Source of the DNA: an uncultured Desulfarculaceae bacterium
Lineage (GTDB): Bacteria > Desulfobacterota > Desulfocorpusculales > Desulfocorpusculum
NCBI GenBank assembly: GCA_964414345.1
Contig: CAYPWF010000005.1
Span: forward strand, 6,974 to 70,973
DNA length: 64,000 nucleotides
Direction of reading: 5' to 3'
Shown: positions 44,978 to 53,649 of the stretch, one piece after another
Numbering within the stretch: the first letter of the stretch is position 1
How the letters are laid out: the number at the start of each line of letters is the position of its first letter
The notes under the pieces: model-generated
What the model saw: only the letters and a program-made list of their open reading frames with translations
Database searches by the model: none
What the model was told of the DNA's origin: nothing
Program-made: the position numbers and the translations under genes

Positions 44978-45310
44978 CTAGCCCTGGGCCGTTATCCCGA
45001 GCCGATCCTCACAGACTCTCATGCGGGCCTTGAGGTCCCCCATCTCATTGGCCAAGACCAGGTAATCCCGGTCGAACCTGGCCACAATGGCCCTGATGTT
45101 CTCCTTGATTTCGGTAAGTTCCGTCTCCATTCGCCCCAGACGCTCCTCCATGCGAGCAAATCTTTGGTCCATCTGGGCAAATCTTTGGTCCATCTGGGCA
45201 AATCTTTGGTCCATCTGGGCGAACCTCTGGTCCATCTCCCTTCTGAGGCCTTTGATCTCTTCCCGAATGTCTATGAGCACTTGCAAGGTGATGTCTTTGA
45301 TCTCATCCAT
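44978..45310 (-). CDS. Small coiled-coil protein containing a perfect tandem heptad repeat (MDQRFAQ)x4
   Basis: Translation ...REMDQRFAQMDQRFAQMDQRFAQMDQRFARMEERL...; encoded by 21-bp tandem repeats. Confidence 0.5.
   Translation of the reverse strand: MDEIKDITLQVLIDIREEIKGLRREMDQRFAQMDQRFAQMDQRFAQMDQRFARMEERLGRMETELTEIKENIRAIVARFDRDYLVLANEMGDLKARMRVCEDRLGITAQG
45155..45238. repeat. 21-bp tandem repeat (GCAAATCTTTGGTCCATCTGG) in four copies (three perfect, one diverged) inside a CDS
   Basis: Directly visible at 45155-45175, 45176-45196, 45197-45217 and 45218-45238. Confidence 0.9.
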
Positions 45311-45623
45311 TGAAACCCGCCTCCTTGCCTTTTGGGCACAGAGCGCAGCTGGGCCAAGGGCTTCTTGAGGACCATTCTAACATGGAAACTGCTAGACCGC
45401 ATTATTCAAGATGAGTTGACAACACAGCCCATCTTCATGATAGATCAGGACACACCCCTCCATGCTCAAAAACACCCTGATCTTCTTTTTCATATTTGGA
45501 ACAGGTTCCAGTCGGCATATCTCAAAGCGCACCGGGGCTTCTTTGCGCAGCCCCAAAAGTCAAAGGTCTTGGAGTATGATCTGGGCCAGCTTTTCTCTTT
45601 GCGCTCCAGCCAAGGCAGACCCT

Positions 45624-46655
45624 TCATTGCCCTGCCACTTTCCAGCAGCGCACCAGGTGCCCTTTCATAGGGTAGAATCTGATCTCACCCTGCCTGCAAC
45701 GCTCCTCCACCAGCCAGCAGCGGGCTTGGAACCTGCAGCCAGGCGGAGGATCCAAAGCGGTTCCCACCTCTCCTTTTAGCAAAGGTGGTTCTTTGCGCAT
45801 CTCAGGATCGGGCGCCGGCAGTGCTGCCCAAAGCCCCTTTGAGTAGGGATGAAAGACGCGGCTTTCCAGTGCCTCTGCAGGGGCGTACTCCATTATTTGC
45901 CCCCCATACATTATGGCAACTCGGTGGCTCACATACCTTACCAGATGCAGGTCATGGCTGATGAAGAGATAACTGAGGCCCATGTCTCTTTGCAGTTCCA
46001 GGAGCAAATTGATGATCTGAGCCTGCACTGAGACATCCAGAGCAGAAACCGGCTCATCGCACACCAACAAAGAGGGCTCCACTGTGAGAGCCCTTGCAAT
46101 ACATATTCTCTGACGCTGGCCCCCTGAGAACTCATGAGGGTATTTTGCCGCTGCCCCCCTGGGAAGCCCAACCCTCTCCAGGAGCTCTCCCACCCTCTTC
46201 CTCCTTTCCCATCGGCTTTTGAGTCCCCTTTGCATGAATCCCTCTTCCAGCATCTGGCCCACGGTCATCCTAGGATTCAAAGAGCCGTAAGGATCCTGGA
46301 AAACTATCTGCACTTTGCTTCTAAAAACCTTGAGAGCTTGGCCTTCAAGTGAGGCCACATCCTGCCCCTCGAACCTGATGACACCTTTGTCCAGCTCCAA
46401 GAGCCGCAAGACCAGCCTTCCCAATGTTGACTTTCCGCAGCCCGACTCTCCCACAAGCCCTAAAATCCCGCTCCTTGGCACATCCAGATCTATCCCGTCC
46501 ACAGCATGAACCCAGGCAACGGGTCTCTGGAAAAAACCCCGTCGTATTGGGAACCACTTGTAAAGATCACGCACCTGAAGGATGGAGCCTCCCTGCTGGG
46601 AAAAGTCCTCTTTTGCCTGATCCAGAAGTTCCATTGCCCAAGCCCTGCCTACCAT
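45624..46655 (-). CDS. Peptide/nickel ABC transporter ATP-binding protein (DppF/OppF-like)
   Basis: Walker A GESGCGKST; signature LSGGQRQRICIARAL; C-terminal oligopeptide-transporter extension. Confidence 0.8.
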   Translation of the reverse strand: MVGRAWAMELLDQAKEDFSQQGGSILQVRDLYKWFPIRRGFFQRPVAWVHAVDGIDLDVPRSGILGLVGESGCGKSTLGRLVLRLLELDKGVIRFEGQDVASLEGQALKVFRSKVQIVFQDPYGSLNPRMTVGQMLEEGFMQRGLKSRWERRKRVGELLERVGLPRGAAAKYPHEFSGGQRQRICIARALTVEPSLLVCDEPVSALDVSVQAQIINLLLELQRDMGLSYLFISHDLHLVRYVSHRVAIMYGGQIMEYAPAEALESRVFHPYSKGLWAALPAPDPEMRKEPPLLKGEVGTALDPPPGCRFQARCWLVEERCRQGEIRFYPMKGHLVRCWKVAGQ

Positions 46656-46661
46656 GTTGCC

Positions 46662-47720
46662 TTACCAGCTTCCATGAACCACAGGACATCTGGCTTTATG
46701 GTTTTGCGCGAAGTGGCACATCTCTGGAAGCTCCTCCCTGCAACGTTTGATGGCCAAGGCACACCTGGGGTGGAAAGGGCATCCTCGGGGCCTCTTTGCC
46801 GGATCCGGCACACTGCCGGGGATTGCCGGCAGAAGCTCACCCTTCTTGGCCCTGGCTGGGAGCGATGCCATGAGGCCCCGTGTATAGGGATGGGCCGGCG
46901 CCTTGAAGATCTCACCTACGCTTGATTCCTCCAGCACCATTCCCGAATACATCACCACGGCCCTGTGAGCTATCTGGGCCACCACGGCCAAATCGTGGGT
47001 GATGTATAACAAGGCCATGGAGCGCGTCTCCAGAAGCTCCTTGAAAAGCCTCAGGATCTGAGCCTGGATGGTCACATCCAGGGCTGTTGTAGGCTCATCG
47101 GCTATGAGCAGCTTTGGCTGACAAGCCAGAGCCATGGCTATCACGACCCTTTGCCTCTGGCCTCCGCTCAATTGATGGGGATAGTCCTGAGCCCTCCTGT
47201 CCGGATCCGGCATTCCCACGGCCCTCAGAAGCTCCATAACTCTCTGGGCCGCTTTCTGGCCCGAAATCCCCTCGTGCACAGCCAGCACCTCTTGGATCTG
47301 GTGACCCACCGTAAAGACCGGGTTGAGGGAAGTCATGGGTTCCTGAAATATCATGGATATTTCTTTGCCCCTTATGCGCTGGAGCTCCCGCTCCCCCAGT
47401 TCCAAGAGCTCCTGACCCATGAATCGTATGCTGCCGCCCTCCACCTTGGCCGGCGGCGAGGGCAAAAGCCCCATCACACTCAAAGCGGTGAGGGTCTTGC
47501 CGCAACCTGACTCCCCTACCAGGGAGACAACCTCCCCGTTTCCGAGCCGGAGGTCCACCCCGGCTAGAGCCAGCACAGGCTCCTCACCATCTTCCCCCTG
47601 GAAAGAGACCTTGAGATCTCTGATTTCCAGAAGAGGCTGCTTTGAATCTGAGAATTCCCCCGGTTCACCCATGGAGTCTCCCGCCCAAGCCGAGCCAGCC
47701 TTTGGGGACCGATCAGCCAT
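46662..47720 (-). CDS. Peptide/nickel ABC transporter ATP-binding protein (DppD/OppD-like)
   Basis: Walker A GESGCGKT; signature LSGGQRQRVVIAMAL. Confidence 0.8.
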   Translation of the reverse strand: MADRSPKAGSAWAGDSMGEPGEFSDSKQPLLEIRDLKVSFQGEDGEEPVLALAGVDLRLGNGEVVSLVGESGCGKTLTALSVMGLLPSPPAKVEGGSIRFMGQELLELGERELQRIRGKEISMIFQEPMTSLNPVFTVGHQIQEVLAVHEGISGQKAAQRVMELLRAVGMPDPDRRAQDYPHQLSGGQRQRVVIAMALACQPKLLIADEPTTALDVTIQAQILRLFKELLETRSMALLYITHDLAVVAQIAHRAVVMYSGMVLEESSVGEIFKAPAHPYTRGLMASLPARAKKGELLPAIPGSVPDPAKRPRGCPFHPRCALAIKRCREELPEMCHFAQNHKARCPVVHGSW

Positions 47721-47723
47721 TTG

Positions 47724-48854
47724 TTAGGCCTTTCTCTGCCTCAACCTGGGATTCAAGGCTTCTCTCAGTCCCTCTCCGAAGAGGTTGAAGGCCAGCACCA
47801 CCAGGAGCACTGCACATCCAGGAATAAGGGTCAGCCACGGGGCGTCGAACAGGAACCTTTTCCCGTCCGAAAGGATGTTCCCCCAGGTGGCATGGGGGGG
47901 CGGCACCCCAAAGCCCAAAAAACTCAAACCCGCCTCGGTTAAGATCGCCCCTGCTATGCCCAGGGTTGCCGAAACCAGCACAGGAGCTATTCCATTGGGC
48001 ACCAGATGGCGGAAGATGATCCTTGCGTCCGATAGGCCTAAGGCCTTTGCTGCGGCCACAAAGTCCTGCTCCCTCAAAGCCAGGAATTCAGCCCTCACGA
48101 ACCTGGCCGTGCCCATCCAGCTTGTAAGACCTATTACCGCCATGATGTTGTAGATGCTGGCCGGCAACAGGGCCACCACGGTCAGGATCAAAAAAAAGCT
48201 GGGAAAGCAAAGCATCACGTCCACAAGCCTCATTATGAGTGTGTCTACGGAAATGCAAGGCAGTGTCAGAGCACGGGCCAAGACTCCCTTTTTCCCTCCC
48301 GCCAGCCTGGCCCCCCAAAACAGCAAAACTGATGTAAGACCAAACGCCAGGCCCAGTCCATAGGCCCCTTTCCAGAGGGCCCCAAAAGCCCCAGCAAACC
48401 CCAGGCATCCCCCTAGAGAGCTCAAACCCAAGGCCTTTGGTCCGTAGTAACCGGCCAGACCTCCCAAGAAAATTCCGATTCCCACGGCTATTCCCACGGC
48501 CACAAATCCCACTGTCAGTGAAACCCATGCCCCCTGCATCATTCGCGAGAACACATCCCTGCCCAGGTCATCCGTGCCTAGAATATAGATTCCCAAAGGG
48601 GGAAGCTCGTGAGGTTTGAGAAGCTCCACCCTGGCCTTGGAAAGAGGAGGACGCAGCTTCTCGGGCAGCCGCACCAGGGAGGGGTCAAGCACGGGTCGCT
48701 CCCCAGTGGTGAGGCCTACCCCCAAGACAGCCACGCCTAAAAAAAGCAGGAATACCAAAAGACCGGCAACGGCCATCTTACGCCTTCGAAACTGCTTCCA
48801 GAAATCACTCCACAGGGATTCTGCCTGCTCCTTCTCCTGTTCCCCTACGTCCAC
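47724..48854 (-). CDS. ABC transporter permease (DppC/OppC-like) with a long N-terminal extension
   Basis: Polytopic, with a BPD-transporter EAA-like region (AAKALGLSDARIIFRHLVPN). Confidence 0.75.
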   Translation of the reverse strand: MDVGEQEKEQAESLWSDFWKQFRRRKMAVAGLLVFLLFLGVAVLGVGLTTGERPVLDPSLVRLPEKLRPPLSKARVELLKPHELPPLGIYILGTDDLGRDVFSRMMQGAWVSLTVGFVAVGIAVGIGIFLGGLAGYYGPKALGLSSLGGCLGFAGAFGALWKGAYGLGLAFGLTSVLLFWGARLAGGKKGVLARALTLPCISVDTLIMRLVDVMLCFPSFFLILTVVALLPASIYNIMAVIGLTSWMGTARFVRAEFLALREQDFVAAAKALGLSDARIIFRHLVPNGIAPVLVSATLGIAGAILTEAGLSFLGFGVPPPHATWGNILSDGKRFLFDAPWLTLIPGCAVLLVVLAFNLFGEGLREALNPRLRQRKA

Positions 48855-48882
48855 AGCCAGTCCCTCATGATTTTGTAGTCTT

Positions 48883-49842
48883 TCACAGCCTTATCCTAGG
48901 ATCCACCAACATGTACAGGACGTCCGAAACCAAGGTACCCAACAAAACAAGCACTGCCGAGATAAAGTTGAGAGTAAGTATCACGGGGTAATCCCTGGCC
49001 AAAATGGCCTCGTAGGCCATTCTACCCATGCCGGGCCAGGAGAAAATGGACTCTATGATGACCGAACCCCCTATAAGGCCTGGGATCATAAGCCCGAACA
49101 TGGTCACAAAGGGCAAAAGTGCGTTTCTTAAAGCATGCTTGTAATGCACCATGTCTGAGGGAAGTCCCTTGGCTTTGGCTGTGCGCACATAATCTTGGGA
49201 CTCCACCTCCAGCATCTGGCCTCTCACATACCTGGAAAGCTCTGCAATCCCCACAGTGGCCCCCAGCACCGAGGGTATGACCAGGTGCCAAAGCCGGTCC
49301 ATCCATCTGGCCAGGCCCTTTGTCTCTCCCAATCCGAAGGTTTCCATACCTATGACAGGAACCTGCAAAAGACTCACCACCCCGATGATAAGCAGGTAAG
49401 CGAAGAAAAAACCCGGGATGGAAATCAGGAAATAGGCCACGAAAGTCATCGTCCTGTCGAACCGCCCTCCCCTTCTCACAGCAGCAGTTATTCCCAAGGG
49501 AAAGGAGATGGTCCAGGTCAAAAGAGAGCCCACCAGAAAAAGAGGCAGGCTGTTGAGGAATCTCTCCCAGATCTTTCCCAGCACAGGTTGGTGATCTTTC
49601 CAAGATACCGTGTTTCCTCCCAGGAGATCCTGATAAAAAAGAAGGTATTGCACATGGAGGGGCTGGTCCAGGTGGAAGGCTTTGCGGAACCTCTCTACCA
49701 TCTCGGGTGTAAACTTGGGGTTTAGGGGATCCACCTGACTTGGCTCACCAGGAGCCATGTGCACCACTGCAAAGGAAATCACCGAGACGAAAAAGAGAGT
49801 CACTATCTTCTGTAGAAAGCTCCTAGCAAGAAACGAGATCAT
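48883..49842 (-). CDS. ABC transporter permease (DppB/OppB-like)
   Basis: 319 aa, polytopic; typical DppB N-terminus MISFLARSFLQKIVTLFFVSVISF; EAA-like YVRTAKAKGL. Confidence 0.8.
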   Translation of the reverse strand: MISFLARSFLQKIVTLFFVSVISFAVVHMAPGEPSQVDPLNPKFTPEMVERFRKAFHLDQPLHVQYLLFYQDLLGGNTVSWKDHQPVLGKIWERFLNSLPLFLVGSLLTWTISFPLGITAAVRRGGRFDRTMTFVAYFLISIPGFFFAYLLIIGVVSLLQVPVIGMETFGLGETKGLARWMDRLWHLVIPSVLGATVGIAELSRYVRGQMLEVESQDYVRTAKAKGLPSDMVHYKHALRNALLPFVTMFGLMIPGLIGGSVIIESIFSWPGMGRMAYEAILARDYPVILTLNFISAVLVLLGTLVSDVLYMLVDPRIRL

Positions 49843-49860
49843 GGGCCTATCCTGCCTCCC

Positions 49861-50062
49861 TCATCCTTCCTCCCCTTCTCCCTGCCCTTTCACCCTTCAC
49901 CCTTCACTCTTCATTCTTCACTCTTAATTCTTCATTCTTCACTCTTAATTCTTCATTCTTCACTCTCACTCTTCACTCTTCATTCTTCATTCTTCATTTC
50001 TCCCCCTCTCCCCTTCCCCGCGTCTCCGCCTCTCCGAGTCTCCCCCTCCCCCTCCTTCTCAT
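49861..50062. repeat. Pyrimidine-rich (plus strand) / purine-rich (mRNA strand) microsatellite made of CTTCA(C/T)T- and TTCATTC-type units, followed by a (CTCCC)n-like tract
   Basis: ...cacccttcacccttcactcttcattcttcactcttaattcttcattcttcactcttaattc...ctccccctctccccttccccgcgtctccgcctctccgag... Lies in the intergenic space between the SBP stop and the permease start. Confidence 0.85.
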
Positions 50063-52143
50063 TCCTTATCAAACACCGGGGCCTGCGGGAGTTTCACCCA
50101 TTTGTTGAAGTGAAAAGCGTAATTGCCTGTCCGGGTGGGCGTAATCCTCTTGTAAACAGGATTCCCTTCAGGGTCCTTATCCATTATGACTATTCTCCTG
50201 TCCAGAACCGCCGTCCAACGGGTAACGTACAGGAAGGTGTAGGGCTGCTGTGCTGCTATGATCTCGTGAAGGCGTCTGCAGAGCCTTACCTGTTCTTCAT
50301 GCCTGTATTCCTGTCTTATCCTCACTATGAGCTCATCCGCCTCTGGGTCCTGAAAGCCCACAAAGTTCAGCTGGTGGGGACCAGTCTGGCTGGAATGCCA
50401 TATCTGGTAAAGGTCCGGATCAATTCCCATGGACCAGCCCAACACAACCGCATCAAAATCCCTCTTGTTTATGCGCTCGTTGATGAAAACAGCCCACTCC
50501 ACCATGTCGGTGCGCACCTCTATACCCAACTGCCGCCAGGAGTCTTGGGCTATGGCCAGGATGGCTTTGCGAAGCTCATTCCCGCTATTGGTGATGAGGG
50601 TAAAGCGCATGGGCTGACCGTTTTTGGAAAGCCGGCCTGAGCCGTCCTTGCGCCAGCCCGCTTCTTCCAAGAGCCGCAGTGCCCCCTCTGGGTCATAAGC
50701 AAGAGCTGGAATCCCGGGGTCGTAGTAATCGGTTTGTTTTGGAAAGGGGCCAGTGATCCTCTCTGCCTGGCCGTGAAGCACGTAATCCAGGATCTTTTCC
50801 ACGTCTATTGCCATGCCCAGGGCTTTCCTGACCCGCACATCGTTGAAGGGCTCTCTTCTTAGGTTGTAGCCGATGTAGGTGTACCCGAAGGAGATGCCCG
50901 AGAAGGCCTGGAACCTGGGGTCATGCTGTAGCCTCTCCACCTGGTGAGGCTGCACCGCATAGGAGTCCAAGGTGCCTGCATAGAACTCCATTTCCTGGGT
51001 GACAAGGTCAGGCACAACCCTGAATATGTATTCCTGGTAATTGGGGGGACCCTCCCAGTAATGCTCGAAGCGGGCAAGGCTTACAAACTGGTCGGTCTTC
51101 CATTCTTTGAACTTGAACGGCCCGCAGCCTACCGGATTTCTGTTGAAATTGCTTTGTCTTATTCCGAAGTTGGATGGATCCATGGATCTTTTTTGAGCCT
51201 CTTTTCTCAAAGCCTCCTTGTTAAGAAGGTGCTGGGGCAGGATCCCCATGCTCCATGTACCTAAGGCCGGGGAGTAAAGCCTTTTATACACGACCCTCAC
51301 GGTTCTCTCGTCCGGGGTCTCCACTCTCAGGACCGGTTCGAAGTCAGAGATCCTAGGTGAGAGGTTGGCTGGATCCATTATGGCCTGATAAGTAAATTGC
51401 ACATCCTTGGAAGTTACAGGCACTCCATCATGAAAGAGCACCCCTTCTCTCATGTGGAAAACTATCACTGGGTTGTGCTCCACAGCTGGAAGAATCTCCC
51501 TGGCTATGTGAACCTGCGCCCCCGGATCCACCTCTTGCGGGAAAAGGCAATAATTCTCTGGCTTGAAGGAGTCGAAGTAGCCTTCCCCCAGAAGGGGCTC
51601 CAGCTTTAGAAAAAAATCCTGGTCCACCTCCTTGAGAGTGATCTTCACGAGGGGAGGCGCCTGGACCTGCACCTGTGCGGCCCGCGATTCCGGCTGGCCC
51701 GGCACCTTCACAGAGAGAAAGCGGGGTGGCTCTGCAATTAGCTCCACCCCGCTCACCTGAGGCCATCGGCCGAGCTCCTGCCTCAGCCAAGCCAGGATTT
51801 CTTCCTCTGAACCGCCTTGCATCCCAAGGGGAGGCTTGTAAAGCCTGAAGTAGGCTTCTTCGCTGATTTCCCAGTGGCTTGCCACACGTCCCCTGAATCT
51901 CAAATCCTCGTCCCTGTCCAAAAGCCCCTCAAAGATCAGGCCGGCCAGTTCCACGCTGGAGCTGTCTGCTGCCAGAATCGGATTCAGGAGGCTTGCATCC
52001 CCTATGGAGCCCGTGATGTACTGGGTAAGTCTTCTGGGATTCCCCCTTGTCTGCTCCTCGTAAGTGGGCACCCATAGCAGGGACTGAAGCAGCATCCCCA
52101 CAACCAGCAAAGGTGTCACCATCAGGATTTTTTTTACAAGCAT
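50059..52143 (-). CDS. ABC transporter substrate-binding protein, family 5 (DppA/OppA-like), unusually long at 694 aa
   Basis: Signal peptide MLVKKILMVTPLLVVGMLL; SBP_bac_5-like core; first gene of the Dpp/Opp operon. Confidence 0.7.
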   Translation of the reverse strand: MLVKKILMVTPLLVVGMLLQSLLWVPTYEEQTRGNPRRLTQYITGSIGDASLLNPILAADSSSVELAGLIFEGLLDRDEDLRFRGRVASHWEISEEAYFRLYKPPLGMQGGSEEEILAWLRQELGRWPQVSGVELIAEPPRFLSVKVPGQPESRAAQVQVQAPPLVKITLKEVDQDFFLKLEPLLGEGYFDSFKPENYCLFPQEVDPGAQVHIAREILPAVEHNPVIVFHMREGVLFHDGVPVTSKDVQFTYQAIMDPANLSPRISDFEPVLRVETPDERTVRVVYKRLYSPALGTWSMGILPQHLLNKEALRKEAQKRSMDPSNFGIRQSNFNRNPVGCGPFKFKEWKTDQFVSLARFEHYWEGPPNYQEYIFRVVPDLVTQEMEFYAGTLDSYAVQPHQVERLQHDPRFQAFSGISFGYTYIGYNLRREPFNDVRVRKALGMAIDVEKILDYVLHGQAERITGPFPKQTDYYDPGIPALAYDPEGALRLLEEAGWRKDGSGRLSKNGQPMRFTLITNSGNELRKAILAIAQDSWRQLGIEVRTDMVEWAVFINERINKRDFDAVVLGWSMGIDPDLYQIWHSSQTGPHQLNFVGFQDPEADELIVRIRQEYRHEEQVRLCRRLHEIIAAQQPYTFLYVTRWTAVLDRRIVIMDKDPEGNPVYKRITPTRTGNYAFHFNKWVKLPQAPVFDKE

Positions 52144-52145
52144 CG

Positions 52146-52350
52146 CTTAGCCCGGATTATTCTCGAGGACCGGGGGTATTTGGGGCTGAGCCCAAATCCC
52201 ACGTTGCTGTTTGCTCTGTTCAGGTTTCAATCAGGGCCGGACCCGCAACAAAGAAATGCGGTGTTCTTGACCGTGATTCAGTTCACATCTAGACATAATG
52301 GTGTCAGCCAGCATTATCCACCCCTGGGTGAAAAACGCGAGGCAAGTGAT
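52146..52350 (+). repeat. Copy C (diverged) of the ~200-bp intergenic repeat family
   Basis: Starts TTAGCCCGGATTATTCTCGAGGACC; contains the TTTGGGGCTGAGCCCAAAT hairpin and a CAGGGCCGGACCCGCAAC segment. Confidence 0.5.
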
Positions 52351-52355
52351 GAGTT

Positions 52356-53645
52356 TCACATAAGGCTCCTGGCCACCCCTACCGTGAGTTCTCCCAACAT
52401 GTGAGTATAAGAACCCAGTTCATTGTCATACCAGCCGTACACCACCACCTGGGTGATGGGGACCTCAAGAATCCCCTCTCGAATCCCTTTGAGAGAGTCT
52501 TGAGCCACAGCACAAAGCCTTGCCAGATTCACCCGGAGATTGGCCGTGCGGGTGTGAGTTTCCTTTCCCTCTATGATGGCCGCCGCAGCCGTGCCTATGA
52601 CATCCGCCGAGACGTTCTGTTTCTCCGTGTATGAAAGGTAGGGGCTCAGGTAGCCTTCCGCAGCCTTTTTGTAAATGGAGTTGATCAAGTCCCTCCTGAT
52701 GGGGGTTGAGGGATCCTCCTCTTGGATGTTTAAGACCAAAATCACCAAGGAGCCTGTGCTGGTGGGGATGCGCACCGACTCTGCCATGAAGCCCACTTCC
52801 CTCATCTCCGGGATAACCAATCTCAAAGCCTCTGCCGCCCCTGTTGTAGTAAGTATGATGTTGTTGAAGGTGCTCCTGTTTTTGCGCAGATCCTTGGCTT
52901 TGGGGTCAGGCAGCCTGTCCAGCACTTCCTGGCTGCCGGTTGCTGCATGCACCGTCACCATGGAGGCGGTCAAAAGAGGTCCTTGTCCAAAATGATCCAA
53001 GATGGGCCTCATCATGAAAGCCAGGCAGGTGGTAGTGCACGAGGCTGCAGAGATGATCCGGTGGCGGCCGGGTAGGTAATCATGCTCATTTATACCCTGT
53101 ATGGCGGTCACTGCATCCTCGGGCATAGAAGCGGACTTGTCCTTGATTTTGAAAGGTGCGGAAAGAATAACCTTCTGTGCTCCTGCCTCCAGATGTGCCC
53201 TCAAGCTTCCTTTGGGGGCATCCCCAGGGGCCGTTGGGTCGGTGAAGGCCCCTGTACAGTCCACCACCAACGAAACGTTCTGTTCCCTCCAAGGGATCTC
53301 CCTGGGATTGCGGCTCTGGCGAAGCACCTTCACCTTGACACCATTCACCTTCATGCTGGATCGGTCCTCATCCAGTTCCTCTATGACGCGCCCCCCCTTG
53401 TATCCAAACAAGAACCTATCCAGGCTTCCATACGTGCTGTCTCTGAGCACATAATCGGCTATGTCCTCCAGCCCCTTCCCCACATCCCTACCTACGTTCA
53501 CCACCAGCTCCTGGAAGGAGCGCCTGGCAACATGATGCCATAAGGTGAGCTTCCCTATCCTGCCCAGCCCGTTTATGCCTAGAGGCATGGGCAGCGTCGA
53601 CTCCTCCGAGCACAGAAAAGGATGATCCTTTGCTGTGAGACTCAT
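52356..53645 (-). CDS. Divergent glyceraldehyde-3-phosphate-dehydrogenase-family paralog (429 aa)
   Basis: N-terminal LGINGLGRIGK (compare INGFGRIGR) and active-site-like SAASCTTTCLAF (compare [12 protein letters not shown]); about 95 aa longer than canonical GAPDH; immediately downstream of the 1422-aa gene. Confidence 0.6.
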   Translation of the reverse strand: MSLTAKDHPFLCSEESTLPMPLGINGLGRIGKLTLWHHVARRSFQELVVNVGRDVGKGLEDIADYVLRDSTYGSLDRFLFGYKGGRVIEELDEDRSSMKVNGVKVKVLRQSRNPREIPWREQNVSLVVDCTGAFTDPTAPGDAPKGSLRAHLEAGAQKVILSAPFKIKDKSASMPEDAVTAIQGINEHDYLPGRHRIISAASCTTTCLAFMMRPILDHFGQGPLLTASMVTVHAATGSQEVLDRLPDPKAKDLRKNRSTFNNIILTTTGAAEALRLVIPEMREVGFMAESVRIPTSTGSLVILVLNIQEEDPSTPIRRDLINSIYKKAAEGYLSPYLSYTEKQNVSADVIGTAAAAIIEGKETHTRTANLRVNLARLCAVAQDSLKGIREGILEVPITQVVVYGWYDNELGSYTHMLGELTVGVARSLM

Positions 53646-53649
53646 GTTC

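Noticed and set aside
49861-50062. Possible CRISPR array suggested by the repetitive tract
   Set aside because: Units are 5-7 bp micro-repeats with no 25-40-bp direct repeats separated by unique spacers. No cas genes are nearby.
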